A stretch of 64,000 nt of DNA from Acutalibacteraceae bacterium (lineage in GTDB: Bacteria; Bacillota; Clostridia; Oscillospirales; Acutalibacteraceae), in assembly GCA_045636705.1 (NCBI GenBank), contig JAZTYA010000033.1, positions 677 through 64,676 on the forward strand, written 5' to 3'. This document shows, in pieces, positions 11,696-21,577 of the stretch. The position numbers were made by a program, and so were the translations under genes. The notes under the pieces were generated by a model that made no database searches, had not been told where the DNA came from, and worked only from the letters and a program-made list of their open reading frames with translations. Position 1 is the stretch's first letter. Every line of letters begins with the position of its first letter.

Positions 11696-12610
11696 ATGGG
11701 CTTTTTCAATAAAATTAAAAGCGGTCTTGCAAAGACAAGAGATTCTTTTGTGGGCTCGGTTAACAGTATTATTAATAGCTTTACAAAGATTGACGAGGAA
11801 TTTATCGAGGAACTCGAAGAAATTCTGATTATGTCTGATATCGGCATTCATACCGCCGAGGCTGTTTGTGATGAGTTAAGACGACTCATAAAAGAAAACC
11901 GTGTTACCGAACCTAGCGAGGTTAAAAACCTTCTAAAAGAAGTGCTTTATAAAATGATGGAAGGGGACACCTCTTTAAAACTTGAAACAACCCCTTCGGT
12001 TATTATGGTTATAGGTGTAAACGGTGTTGGTAAAACAACAACTATAGGTAAGCTTTCGGCACAGTTAAAAGCAGAAGGCAAAAACGTTATGCTTGCAGCA
12101 GCAGATACCTTTAGAGCTGCCGCAATTGACCAGTTAGCCCTTTGGGCAGACCGTGCAGGCGTTACTATGGTTAAAAACGTGCCCGGTACCGACCCTGCAT
12201 CAGTCCTTTTTGATGCGGTTAATTCCGCAAAATCCAAAGGCGCCGACGTTGTTATTTGCGACACTGCAGGAAGACTTCATAATAAGAAAAACCTTATGGA
12301 TGAGCTTGCAAAAATGTATCGTGTAATCGAGCGCGAGTTACCGAATGCCTCGGTTGAAGCGTTACTTGTTTTAGATGCTACAACAGGACAAAATGCGGTA
12401 AATCAGGCAAGAGAGTTTAAAAACGTTACAAAACTTACCGGTATCGTTTTAACAAAACTTGACGGTACTGCAAAGGGCGGCGTGGTTCTTTCAATTAAGA
12501 ACGACCTTCAAATCCCTGTTAAGTTTATCGGCGTAGGCGAACAGATAGACGATTTAAGACCCTTTGATGCAAAGGAATTTATAGACGCTATTTTTGATGA
12601 GGAAAACTAA
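11696..12610 (+). CDS. ftsY: Signal recognition particle receptor FtsY
   Basis: SRP GTPase motifs GVNGVGKTTT, DTAGR and TKLDG. It follows smc, the conserved order. Confidence 0.95.
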   Translation: MGFFNKIKSGLAKTRDSFVGSVNSIINSFTKIDEEFIEELEEILIMSDIGIHTAEAVCDELRRLIKENRVTEPSEVKNLLKEVLYKMMEGDTSLKLETTPSVIMVIGVNGVGKTTTIGKLSAQLKAEGKNVMLAAADTFRAAAIDQLALWADRAGVTMVKNVPGTDPASVLFDAVNSAKSKGADVVICDTAGRLHNKKNLMDELAKMYRVIERELPNASVEALLVLDATTGQNAVNQAREFKNVTKLTGIVLTKLDGTAKGGVVLSIKNDLQIPVKFIGVGEQIDDLRPFDAKEFIDAIFDEEN

Positions 12611-12611
12611 A

Positions 12612-13208
12612 ATGGAGTTTTTTCTAGCTACAAAAAATTTAAAAAAACTTGATGAACTGCAAAGAATTTTATCCCCTTTGGGTATTAAGGTTCTTTGTGA
12701 ACGTGACTTAGATTTTTCGTTAGATGAGGTTGAGGAAAATGGTACAACCTTTGCGGAAAATGCACTTATAAAGGCTAAATACGCTATGGAGGTAACAGGA
12801 CTTCCCTCAATAGCGGACGATTCGGGTCTTTGCGTTGATGCCTTAGGCGGAGAGCCTGGCATATATTCTGCAAGATTTGCAGGAGAGCCTTGTGATAACG
12901 ATAAAAATAATCAAAAACTTTTAGCGCTACTCAGCGGAAAGCCAATTTCAGAGCGTACAGCTAAATTCGTTTCCTCGGTTGTTTGTATTTTCCCAAACGG
13001 AAAAACAATAACTGTTGAGGGCGAGTGCAAAGGCTATATTGCCGAGGATTTTGAAGGTAACGGTGGTTTTGGATATGACCCGTTATTTATATCCGAAAAG
13101 GGAAGTTTTGGGCTCTTAACCCCTGAAGAAAAAGACAGTATTAGTCATAGGGGCAGAGCGCTCAGAAAATTATATGATGAATTAGTAAAGGAATTAAAAG
13201 GGGAATAA
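12612..13208 (+). CDS. rdgB: Non-canonical purine NTP pyrophosphatase (XTP/dITP diphosphatase)
   Basis: Ham1/RdgB motifs (ATKNLKK, FAENALIKA, ADDSGL, GFGYDPLF, SHRG). The ATG at 12612 lies directly after the ftsY stop. Confidence 0.85.
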   Translation: MEFFLATKNLKKLDELQRILSPLGIKVLCERDLDFSLDEVEENGTTFAENALIKAKYAMEVTGLPSIADDSGLCVDALGGEPGIYSARFAGEPCDNDKNNQKLLALLSGKPISERTAKFVSSVVCIFPNGKTITVEGECKGYIAEDFEGNGGFGYDPLFISEKGSFGLLTPEEKDSISHRGRALRKLYDELVKELKGE

Positions 13209-13209
13209 T

Positions 13210-13503
13210 ATGTTAAACTCCAGACAAAGAGCACAACTCAGAGGTCTTGCAAACAGCCTTGACGCTATATTTCAGGTTGGGAAAAACGGCCTTAACGAGC
13301 AACTTTATATCGAGGTAGATAAAGCGCTTGAAGCACGCGAGTTAATCAAGCTTCGCGTTCTTGAAACATCTCCTGTGACTTCTCGCGAGGCGGCAGACAC
13401 AATAGCTGAAAACACAGGTGCAGACGTGGTTCAGGTTATCGGCTCAAGATTTGTGCTTTACAAGGAAAGCCGTGAAAATAAAACCATCGTTTTGGTTAAA
13501 TAA
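13210..13503 (+). CDS. yhbY: Ribosome-assembly RNA-binding protein YhbY (CRM domain)
   Basis: 97 aa. LRGLAN...FQVGKNGL is typical of the YhbY/CRS1 fold. Confidence 0.8.
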   Translation: MLNSRQRAQLRGLANSLDAIFQVGKNGLNEQLYIEVDKALEARELIKLRVLETSPVTSREAADTIAENTGADVVQVIGSRFVLYKESRENKTIVLVK

Positions 13504-13504
13504 T

Positions 13505-14107
13505 ATGGAAAACATAGCGGTTTTTGGCGGCACTTTTAACCCAATTCATATTGGACATATTGAGATGCTGGAAGCTATAAATTCTCAAGATTTTATAGAC
13601 AAAGTAATCATTATGCCTTCAAAAATTCCTCCTCATAAAGAGGTTGACTTTTTAGCAGAGGATAAACATCGTAAGGCTATGTGTGAGATAATGGCGAGTG
13701 GGTATGATAAGGCGTTGGTAAGCGACCTTGAATTAACAAGAGAAGGTAAAAGCTTTACCATTGATACCTTGTCGTCTTTAAAAGGCATTTACCCTGATGC
13801 CAAAATTTATCTTACTATCGGTGCCGATATGCTTTTGTCCTTTCACACCTGGAAGGATTATGAGAAGATATTAGATAAAGCGTCACTTATTTGCTTCAAC
13901 AGGGGAAAAAGTGATGAAACGACAATTTTAAATGCTATTTCTAATTTAGAGTCTAAAGGTGCGGAAATTATTTCGCTTCCAAATGAAATAACCGATATAT
14001 CTTCTACAATTATCAGAGAAAATATTGATAAGAGGGACCTGCTTGAAAGGTATGTTCCAAAGGCTATTTTAGATTATATATTTAAAAATTCTGTTTTTGG
14101 TGGATAA
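13505..14107 (+). CDS. nadD: Nicotinate-nucleotide adenylyltransferase
   Basis: The GGTFNPIHIGH nucleotidyltransferase motif follows the ATG at 13505. The longer start in the ORF track (13418) would overlap yhbY. Confidence 0.9.
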   Translation: MENIAVFGGTFNPIHIGHIEMLEAINSQDFIDKVIIMPSKIPPHKEVDFLAEDKHRKAMCEIMASGYDKALVSDLELTREGKSFTIDTLSSLKGIYPDAKIYLTIGADMLLSFHTWKDYEKILDKASLICFNRGKSDETTILNAISNLESKGAEIISLPNEITDISSTIIRENIDKRDLLERYVPKAILDYIFKNSVFGG

Positions 14108-14671
14108 ATGGATTATAGTGTTTATGTTGATTTGTTAAAACAAAAACTCGATGATTATAGGTTTAATCATTCGCTTTGTGTTGCGAAAGAGGCTAAAAGA
14201 TTAGCACAAAAATATGGTGCAGACCCAGAAAAAGCCTATTTAGCAGGACTTTTGCACGATATAACAAAGAATGAACCTCGGGATTTTCACTTGAACTATT
14301 TTAAAGAGTTTGATATAATACTAACCGATGTTGAAAATAAAAGTGATAGGCTCTGGCATGCAATCTCAGGCGCACTTTTTGTAAAGAATGAGCTTAAACT
14401 TTTAGATGAAGAGCTAGTTTTAGCAATTAGATATCATACCACGGCTAAAAGTGATATGACAAAGCTTGAAAAAATAATTTTTGTTGCTGATTTTACTGCA
14501 GAGGACAGAAGTTATAAAGATGTTTGCGTTATGAGAGAACTTGCCGATAAATCGCTTGAAGAAGCTATGATTTATGCTCTTTCATACACAATAAACAAAC
14601 TTGTTGAAAACAAGCAACAGGTACACCCCGATGCCGTGTCGGCATACAATTACCTACTTAATAAAAGATAA
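14108..14671 (+). CDS. yqeK: HD-domain bis(5'-nucleosyl)-tetraphosphatase YqeK
   Basis: HD motif LLHDITK. Conserved nadD-yqeK-rsfS order. Confidence 0.8.
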   Translation: MDYSVYVDLLKQKLDDYRFNHSLCVAKEAKRLAQKYGADPEKAYLAGLLHDITKNEPRDFHLNYFKEFDIILTDVENKSDRLWHAISGALFVKNELKLLDEELVLAIRYHTTAKSDMTKLEKIIFVADFTAEDRSYKDVCVMRELADKSLEEAMIYALSYTINKLVENKQQVHPDAVSAYNYLLNKR

Positions 14672-14686
14672 AGGAAGAAAAGTATT

Positions 14687-15049
14687 TTGAATTCGCTAGA
14701 TATTATAAAAACAGCAGTAAAAGCATTAGATGATAAAAAAGCTATGGACATATCTGTAATCCACGTTGGAGAGCTTACAGTAATTTCCGAATATTTTATA
14801 ATCGCTTCGGCAAACTCATCTTCGCAGGTAAAAGCACTTACCGATGCGGTGGATGAAAAGCTATCGGAACAGGGCGTTGAACCAGGTCACATCGAAGGAA
14901 AGGCAACAGGTTGGGTTTTACTTGACTACGGCTCTGTCGCAATTCACGTTTTCAAGAGTGACACACGCGAGTTTTACGGTCTTGACAGAATGTGGAGCGA
15001 TGGCGAAAAGCTTGATTTAAGTGAACTTTTAGACTCGGAGGAGAAATAA
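14687..15049 (+). CDS. rsfS: Ribosome silencing factor RsfS (Iojap)
   Basis: 120 aa with the [14 protein letters not shown] motif. TTG start. Confidence 0.85.
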   Translation: MNSLDIIKTAVKALDDKKAMDISVIHVGELTVISEYFIIASANSSSQVKALTDAVDEKLSEQGVEPGHIEGKATGWVLLDYGSVAIHVFKSDTREFYGLDRMWSDGEKLDLSELLDSEEK

Positions 15050-15051
15050 TA

Positions 15052-17457
15052 ATGAACTATAATTATACCGAAATAGAGAAAAAATGGCAGGGAATATGGG
15101 ATGAAAAGCAGACCTTCAAGGCAAAGAAGGATTATACCCTTCCAAAGTTTTACGGTCTTGTTGAGTTCCCTTATCCTTCGGGACAGGGTCTTCACGTTGG
15201 ACATCCCCGTTCTTATACTGCGCTTGATATAGTATCCCGCAAGAAAAGACTAGAGGGCTTTAACGTTCTTTATCCTATGGGATGGGATGCTTTTGGTCTT
15301 CCAACTGAGAACTTTGCAATTAAGAATCATATTCACCCTGAAATCGTAACGAAAAACAACGTTGCTAACTTTAAAAAGCAACTTAAGAGTCTTGGTTTCT
15401 CTTTTGACTGGAGCGCCGAGATTAATACTACAGACCCTTCGTATTATAAGTGGACACAGTGGATTTTCATTAAACTTTTTGAGCAAGGTCTCGCTTATAA
15501 AAAGATGATGGCAGTTAACTGGTGTACATCCTGTAAGTGCGTTTTGGCTAACGAAGAGGTTGTAAACGGTGTTTGTGAGCGTTGTGGCAGTCAGGTTATC
15601 CGCAAGGAAAAAAGCCAGTGGATGCTCAAAATTACCGATTATGCAGAAAAGCTTTTAAATGGTCTTGACGACCTTGACTTTATTGAAAGAGTAAAAACTC
15701 AGCAAAGAAACTGGATTGGCCGTTCAACCGGTACTGAAATTAAGTTTTCTACCACAGCAGGGGATATATTAGAAGTTTTCTCCACCCGTGCAGGTACTCT
15801 TTTTGGCGCTACATATATGGTTATGTCGCCTGAACATCCTTTGCTTGAAAAGTGGGAAAGCATCCTTAAGAACAATGATGAAATTAAGGCTTACAAGTTA
15901 GAGGCCTCAAAGAAATCTGACTTTGAGCGCACCGAAATGGCAAAGGATAAGACAGGTGTTAAACTCCAAGGCGTTATGGCTATTAATCCCGTAAACGGCA
16001 AAGAAATTCCTATCTTCATTTCGGACTATGTTCTTATTTCTTACGGTACAGGCGCTATTATGGCGGTGCCTGCACACGATACTCGTGACTACGACTTTGC
16101 AAAGAAGTTTGACCTTCCCATTATCGAGGTTGTTTCGGGTGGAAATGTAGAAGAAGAGGCGTTTACAGATTGTGCTGTTGGCACAATGGTAAATTCAGGC
16201 TTCTTAGATGGATTATCTGTAGACGAGGCTAAGAAAAAGATTACCGAATGGTTAGAAGAGCGTGAGCTTGGAAATCTAAAGGTAAACTACAAGCTTCGTG
16301 ACTGGGTATTCTCAAGACAAAGATATTGGGGAGAACCCATTCCGATTGTTCACTGTGAAAAGTGCGGATACGTAACCCTTCCTGAAAATGAACTTCCTTT
16401 ACTTTTACCGACAGTTGATTCTTATGAGCCTACAGATAACGGAGAGTCACCCCTTGCAAAAATGACCGACTGGGTAAACACTACCTGTCCTAAGTGTGGC
16501 GGCAAGGCAGCAAGAGAAACAGATACAATGCCACAGTGGGCAGGTTCTTCTTGGTATTTCTTACGTTACTGTGACCCCGATAATGAAAACGAGCTAGCAT
16601 CTAAAGAAGCACTCGAATACTGGGGACCTGTTGACTGGTATAACGGTGGTATGGAGCACACAACACTTCACTTGCTATATAGCCGTTTCTGGCATAGATT
16701 CCTTTATGATATCGGCGTTGTTCCAAATCCAGAGCCTTATGCTAAACGTACAAGCCACGGTATGATTTTAGGAGAAAACGGCGAAAAGATGTCAAAGTCC
16801 CGCGGCAATGTCGTTAATCCCGATGATATTATCCGTGAATATGGTGCAGATACAATGCGACTCTATGAAATGTTCATAGGCGACTTTGAAAAGGCTGCTC
16901 CTTGGAGTTCGACTTCAATTAAGGGTTGTAAGCGTTTCCTGGAAAGAGTATGGGCTTTAGCCGATATGCTAATTGATGGCGATGAATATCGCGCAAGCCT
17001 TGAATCTTCATTCCATAGAACCATAAAGAAGGTTACCGAAGATATTGAAGAGCTCAAGATGAACACCGCTATTGCAACGCTTATGTCCTTGCTTAATGAT
17101 ATTTATGCAACCAAGCAGATTACAAGAAAAGAATTCAGCACCTTCCTAATCTTGTTAAATCCCTTTGCTCCGCATATTACAGAGGAACTTTGGGAACTTT
17201 GTAAATATGACGGTATGCTCAATGAGGTTGAGTGGCCAAAGTTTGACGAAGCAAAGTGCGTTGATGCTGCAGTTGAAATCGTAGTTCAGATTAACGGAAA
17301 GATTAAGGCAAGACTTACTATTCCTGCAACCGCTACCTCTGATGAAGCACTAGCTCTTGCTAAGGCAGAGGCTGCTATTGCCAAAGAGCTTGAAGGAAAA
17401 AGCATTATTAAGGAACTCTACGTTCCCAAAAAGCTTGTAAATATCGTCGTGAAATAA
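15052..17457 (+). CDS. leuS: Leucyl-tRNA synthetase
   Basis: 801 aa with HVGH (HIGH) and KMSKS motifs and zinc-binding Cys clusters. Confidence 0.97.
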   Translation: MNYNYTEIEKKWQGIWDEKQTFKAKKDYTLPKFYGLVEFPYPSGQGLHVGHPRSYTALDIVSRKKRLEGFNVLYPMGWDAFGLPTENFAIKNHIHPEIVTKNNVANFKKQLKSLGFSFDWSAEINTTDPSYYKWTQWIFIKLFEQGLAYKKMMAVNWCTSCKCVLANEEVVNGVCERCGSQVIRKEKSQWMLKITDYAEKLLNGLDDLDFIERVKTQQRNWIGRSTGTEIKFSTTAGDILEVFSTRAGTLFGATYMVMSPEHPLLEKWESILKNNDEIKAYKLEASKKSDFERTEMAKDKTGVKLQGVMAINPVNGKEIPIFISDYVLISYGTGAIMAVPAHDTRDYDFAKKFDLPIIEVVSGGNVEEEAFTDCAVGTMVNSGFLDGLSVDEAKKKITEWLEERELGNLKVNYKLRDWVFSRQRYWGEPIPIVHCEKCGYVTLPENELPLLLPTVDSYEPTDNGESPLAKMTDWVNTTCPKCGGKAARETDTMPQWAGSSWYFLRYCDPDNENELASKEALEYWGPVDWYNGGMEHTTLHLLYSRFWHRFLYDIGVVPNPEPYAKRTSHGMILGENGEKMSKSRGNVVNPDDIIREYGADTMRLYEMFIGDFEKAAPWSSTSIKGCKRFLERVWALADMLIDGDEYRASLESSFHRTIKKVTEDIEELKMNTAIATLMSLLNDIYATKQITRKEFSTFLILLNPFAPHITEELWELCKYDGMLNEVEWPKFDEAKCVDAAVEIVVQINGKIKARLTIPATATSDEALALAKAEAAIAKELEGKSIIKELYVPKKLVNIVVK

Positions 17458-17463
17458 TTATAT

Positions 17464-17504
17464 TTGCACAGGTGCGAAAATTTATCGCATCTGTGCAAAA
17501 TTTT
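17464..17504 (+). terminator. Intrinsic terminator after leuS
   Basis: 14-bp stem TTGCACAGGTGCGA/TCGCATCTGTGCAA (one G.U pair), 7-nt loop, then AATTTT. Confidence 0.7.
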
Positions 17505-17506
17505 CC

Positions 17507-17535
17507 TTGACAATCAAAACCTTAATTGATATAAT
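17507..17535 (+). promoter_or_regulatory. Consensus sigma-A promoter for tRNA-Lys
   Basis: TTGACA, 17 nt, TATAAT, about 18 nt upstream of the tRNA 5' end. Confidence 0.75.
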
Positions 17536-17552
17536 AATTAAGCTGCATTTTT

Positions 17553-17628
17553 GATCTATTAGCTCAGTTGGCAGAGCACTTGACTTTTAATCAAGGTGTC
17601 CGGAGTTCGAATCTCCGATAGATCACCA
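17553..17628 (+). tRNA. tRNA-Lys (anticodon TTT)
   Basis: Cloverleaf read by hand. Acceptor GATCTAT/ATAGATC, anticodon loop CTTTTAA, T-loop TTCGAAT, encoded CCA. Confidence 0.9.
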
Positions 17629-17631
17629 AAT

Positions 17632-17662
17632 AAAAAAACCGACCATTTGGTCGGTTTTTTTA
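17632..17662. terminator. Bidirectional terminator (tRNA-Lys / greA)
   Basis: CCGACC-ATTT-GGTCGG hairpin flanked by an A-run and a T-run. Confidence 0.8.
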
Positions 17663-17672
17663 TTTTTATAAT

Positions 17673-18176
17673 TTAATATTTTCTAATCTCTAAACTTTCA
17701 TCATCGACGCCTTTTTCAATACCTTTAATAATAGCGTAGTATTGGTTTGTGTCATCGATTTTAACAAGCACCTTATCTCCAACACGGTGACCGAGTAGGG
17801 CAGAACCCAAAGGGGATTTGTTGCTTATAATATTTCTTGAAGGGTCACGACGAAGGGTGGTTACAATTCGAACACTCTCTTCAAAGTCGTCATCTTCAAT
17901 AACAAAGGTTACCGTGTCAAAAAGTCCTACCGTATCTTCTGTGCTGTTATCATCAATTATAACAGCGGTTTTAATCATATTTCTTAAATATCTGATACGG
18001 CTTTCGTTAATTCCACGTTCTCTTTTAGCGGCATGATATTCGAAATTTTCGGATAAATCTCCATGGCTTCTTGCAAACTTTACGTCTTCAAGAATAGCAG
18101 GGCGCACAACGGTTATACGATGTTCAAGCTCTTCCTTCATTTTTTCAATATCAACCTTTGTAAGCTCATCATACAT
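17673..18176 (-). CDS. greA: Transcription elongation factor GreA
   Basis: N-terminal coiled coil with DLSENFEYHAAK and a C-terminal FKBP-like domain (SPLGSALLGHRVGD). Confidence 0.93.
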   Translation of the reverse strand: MYDELTKVDIEKMKEELEHRITVVRPAILEDVKFARSHGDLSENFEYHAAKRERGINESRIRYLRNMIKTAVIIDDNSTEDTVGLFDTVTFVIEDDDFEESVRIVTTLRRDPSRNIISNKSPLGSALLGHRVGDKVLVKIDDTNQYYAIIKGIEKGVDDESLEIRKY

Positions 18177-18212
18177 AAAAATAATCGCCTTTCATCCAAA
18201 TAGCAGTATGAG

Positions 18213-19784
18213 TTATTCCGTAAGGTGCTCACTCTTGCCAAGACCCCAGATTTCCACCTCGGCGCATTCATCAACAAGGCCAACGTAATAGGCACACAGA
18301 TTTGTGAATTTCTTGTTTATTGGTCCTAAATTTGCAAATCCCATAATATCGTTGGCATTTGTTTCGATTAAATAATCAACGTAAGCCTGAGGGATTTTAC
18401 TGTTTGCATAGTATAAATCGGGTGCGCCAAAGGCGTGTAAAATTTCGTGAGCAAAGGTTGCGGCAGGCATAATATAACTGCCTTCCGCATAAGTGGACCT
18501 GGCAAATATATTAATTACCTCTGTCTCTTTACTCTTAATACACCACGAACTTACAGTGTTGTTTTCATCGGTGTTAAAGTAAAGTATATATAGAATATTT
18601 TGAGCATTATACTTTTGCTTAAGTAGATTTGAATCAATATTATTTTCAATAAATTCGCATTGTTCATTATAACCTGTAGCATAAGGAGAAACCATCTTAC
18701 TTTCAGAAAAATCACAGGTATAATAAAGCTCGGGATGTTCCTTCCAGTCGGAAATAAATTTTGTGTCAGCGTTATAAAAAGAACCTTGTTCCTCTAACCA
18801 AAGAGTAGCTGAAATCAGGTTGGTGTGCAGAGTATCGATAAGCTGATTATCTTCTGCTGAATCAAAGTCCCAGGATGTTTCAGCATCATTTGCAAATATA
18901 GAAACAATTACAGTAGTATCATCAAACTTATCGGCAGAACCGCGTGTAACACCATCGTTTCTGATAATATCAATAACTCCCGTTTCGGTTGTGTTACAAA
19001 CGGTGCAGGTGTGCTCGCGTACGCCCTCTTTTTCGGCGGTAGCAAATTTCACAACCGACCAATCTCCAAAGGTGTGCTCGCTTAAAGCAACTTCCTTTTG
19101 TTCCTTTGTTATCTCGTTACAAACAGAACATATTCTGCCGCTTGTTTTACCTGTTTTGGTGCAGGTGGATTCAATACGGGGGATTTTAACCTCGGCATGA
19201 GGAAGCTTTTCTATTGTTTTCTGTTTTACTAAAACCTTATTACAAACCGAACAGTGAACACCTTTGGTTTTACCTTCAGAAGAACAGGTAGCCTTTATAG
19301 CCTTATCTGTGACTTTGGTGTGACCTAGTTTTTTAACGGTTTTTTGAGCAACTACAACTTCGTTACAAACAGAGCAGTGGGAACCCTTTGTTTTACCGGC
19401 TTTAGTGCAGGTAGGCTTTACAGCCTTATCTGTGACCTCGGTGTGACCAAGCTTTTGAATAGAGGTTTGAGTAACTAAAATTTCATTACAAACCGAGCAA
19501 TGTTTTCCTTCGGTTTTACCATCCTTGGTGCAGGTAGGGGAAACGGCATAATCGATAACCTCAATATGACCTGTGGCTTCGGTTGTTTTAGTTTCCTTTT
19601 CTCCACATTCGCAGACACGTTCTTCCTCTTTCTCTTCGGTGCAAGAGCCTTCCTTTAATGTTACCCATTCTCCAAAGGTATGGGAGTGGCTTGATGTTTC
19701 CGACTGCACAGTTTCATTACCACCACAGGCAGATAAAAGAAAAAGGCAAAGCAACGGCAAAATTACAGATATAATTTTTTTCAT
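18213..19784 (-). CDS. Lipoprotein paralog 1: Cys/His-repeat stalk plus C-terminal HExxH metalloprotease-like domain
   Basis: Lipobox LLSAC after MKKIISV (ATG at 19784, GAGG RBS). Four 41-aa H..C..CxxC repeats. [13 protein letters not shown] near the C-terminus. Confidence 0.8.
   Translation of the reverse strand: MKKIISVILPLLCLFLLSACGGNETVQSETSSHSHTFGEWVTLKEGSCTEEKEEERVCECGEKETKTTEATGHIEVIDYAVSPTCTKDGKTEGKHCSVCNEILVTQTSIQKLGHTEVTDKAVKPTCTKAGKTKGSHCSVCNEVVVAQKTVKKLGHTKVTDKAIKATCSSEGKTKGVHCSVCNKVLVKQKTIEKLPHAEVKIPRIESTCTKTGKTSGRICSVCNEITKEQKEVALSEHTFGDWSVVKFATAEKEGVREHTCTVCNTTETGVIDIIRNDGVTRGSADKFDDTTVIVSIFANDAETSWDFDSAEDNQLIDTLHTNLISATLWLEEQGSFYNADTKFISDWKEHPELYYTCDFSESKMVSPYATGYNEQCEFIENNIDSNLLKQKYNAQNILYILYFNTDENNTVSSWCIKSKETEVINIFARSTYAEGSYIMPAATFAHEILHAFGAPDLYYANSKIPQAYVDYLIETNANDIMGFANLGPINKKFTNLCAYYVGLVDECAEVEIWGLGKSEHLTE
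19080..19571 (-). repeat. 4 x 123-bp in-frame tandem coding repeats (41-aa Cys/His module)
   Basis: Repeating [24 protein letters not shown]....T..KL units. Boundaries are approximate, counted from the protein sequence. Confidence 0.65.
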
Positions 19785-19800
19785 TATAAAACCTCTATTT

Positions 19801-21522
19801 TTATTGTGAAGAATATACATATTCGGACTCAGGAATCAGATAGTAACTTTGCGCAAGACCCCACTTTTCAACATCTTCACACTTATCTGTAAGTCCGACA
19901 TAATAAGCGCATAGTTCGGAGAAAAAGACTGAAACCGATTGGCCAAAATTAACCGTGAACATAATATCGCTTGAATTAATGCTTGCAAGATAAGCAACGT
20001 ATTCCTTAGTAATTCTGGAAGAATGAGAATATAAGTCAGGTGCGCCAAATGCGTGCAAAATTTCGTGAGCGAAGGTTGCTGCAGGGGTATAAATATATTT
20101 GCCATCTTCATATTGCATTCTGTCAAGAATGTTGATTAGTTCGATATGGCTTGCGCTGCTGTTTGGAGCTTTAGAAGCACACCAAGAACGTGTAGTTATT
20201 GTTTCGGGCACGTCGTAATAAACGAAGTATAGAATGTTTTGAGCATTATGCTTTTGTAAAAGCTCCTCAGAATCTATATTTGTCTCGATAAATTCACGTT
20301 GTTGGGTAGAACTGCCGGTGCCTTCAAAAGTTTGTTCATAATATAAATCGGGATTTGCCTTCCAGTCGCAAATGAACTTTGTATCAACACCATAATTTTC
20401 ACCTTGAATTTCTAACCAACTGCAACCGTTTATTAAATGCTCATACATTAGTTCTTTTGCCTTGACGTCTTCGGGAGAATTTAGGTCCCACTGATAAGAA
20501 TCGTTGTTTGCAAAAATTGAAACAATAATGGTAGTTTCTGAAAATTTATAAGCAGAACCAAAAGCAGAGTTATATTCTCTTTTGTCGATAACGTCGGTTT
20601 CGGTTTTGTTGCATACAGTACAGGTGTGACTGCGCTTACCGGTCTTGGTTTTGGTAGCATATTTTACAACCGACCATTCGCCAAAGGTGTGTTCGCTTGT
20701 TTCCAGTTCCTTTTGCTCTTTGATTATTTCGTTACAAACCGTGCAGACCTTACCACTTGTTTTTCCTTTGGTTATACAGGTAGGTTCAACACGAGGAATT
20801 TTTTCTACGGTATGTTCAAGTTTTTCTATACTCTCTTGAGCCTTGAGCACCTCGTTACAAACCGAACAATGCTTGCCTTCTGTTTTACCTTCTTTAGCGC
20901 AGGTAGCTTTTACAGCCTTATCAATAACCTCGGTGTGTCCGAGCTTTTTGGTAGTTTTTTGAGCTTTAAGAACTTTATTACAAACCGAACAATGCTTGCC
21001 TTCTGTTTTACCTTCTTTAGTACAGGTAGCTTTTACAGCTTTATCAATAACTACGGTATGACCAAGTTTAACTGTTGCGGTTTGAGGTGTGATAATCTCG
21101 TTACAAACAGAACAATGCTTGCCTTCGGTTTTACCACCTTTAGTACAGGTAGCCTTTACAGCCTTATCAATAACCTCGGTGTGTCCAAGCTTAGCAACAA
21201 CCGTTTGTTCAACAATAACCTCATTACAAACAGAACAATGCTTACCTTCGGTTTTGCCGTCGGTAGTACAAGTAGCACTAACAGCGGCATCTATAACCTC
21301 TGTGTGTCCTGCAGCTTCGGTCTGTCTTTCTTCGGTTTCACCGCACTCGCAAGAACGAACTTCTTCTTTTCCTTCGGTGCAGGTTTCTTCTTTAACAAGA
21401 GTCCATTCACCAAAAACGTGTGTGTGGCTTGGAGTTTCCGACTGGACAGTTTCGGTATCTTTGCAGGCGGAGAGGAGAGATATGCAAAGTAAAAGTAAAA
21501 TTATAGATATAGTTTTTTTCAT
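19801..21522 (-). CDS. Lipoprotein paralog 2: five Cys/His repeats plus HExxH metalloprotease-like domain
   Basis: Lipobox LLSAC. One repeat more than its neighbours (41 aa longer). [13 protein letters not shown]. Its stop lies 16 nt before the start of paralog 1. Confidence 0.82.
   Translation of the reverse strand: MKKTISIILLLLCISLLSACKDTETVQSETPSHTHVFGEWTLVKEETCTEGKEEVRSCECGETEERQTEAAGHTEVIDAAVSATCTTDGKTEGKHCSVCNEVIVEQTVVAKLGHTEVIDKAVKATCTKGGKTEGKHCSVCNEIITPQTATVKLGHTVVIDKAVKATCTKEGKTEGKHCSVCNKVLKAQKTTKKLGHTEVIDKAVKATCAKEGKTEGKHCSVCNEVLKAQESIEKLEHTVEKIPRVEPTCITKGKTSGKVCTVCNEIIKEQKELETSEHTFGEWSVVKYATKTKTGKRSHTCTVCNKTETDVIDKREYNSAFGSAYKFSETTIIVSIFANNDSYQWDLNSPEDVKAKELMYEHLINGCSWLEIQGENYGVDTKFICDWKANPDLYYEQTFEGTGSSTQQREFIETNIDSEELLQKHNAQNILYFVYYDVPETITTRSWCASKAPNSSASHIELINILDRMQYEDGKYIYTPAATFAHEILHAFGAPDLYSHSSRITKEYVAYLASINSSDIMFTVNFGQSVSVFFSELCAYYVGLTDKCEDVEKWGLAQSYYLIPESEYVYSSQ
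20695..21309 (-). repeat. 5 x 123-bp in-frame tandem coding repeats
   Basis: Near-identical units such as [29 protein letters not shown]. Approximate boundaries. Confidence 0.65.
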
Positions 21523-21577
21523 TTTAAAACCCCCGATATTTAAAATTCTAATTAAAAGGAAAGAGATTTTTTAAAAG

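Noticed and set aside
20626-21492. 288-aa plus-strand ORF, with companions at 20645-20839, 21089-21574, 22221-22835, 22586-23050 and 22875-23072, antisense to the lipoprotein genes
   Set aside because: They lie entirely within the 123-bp tandem repeats. Their translations are low-complexity, repeat-derived strings ([10 protein letters not shown]...). They have no RBS, and the opposite strand has clear lipobox and HExxH features. They are artefacts of stop-free repeat DNA.
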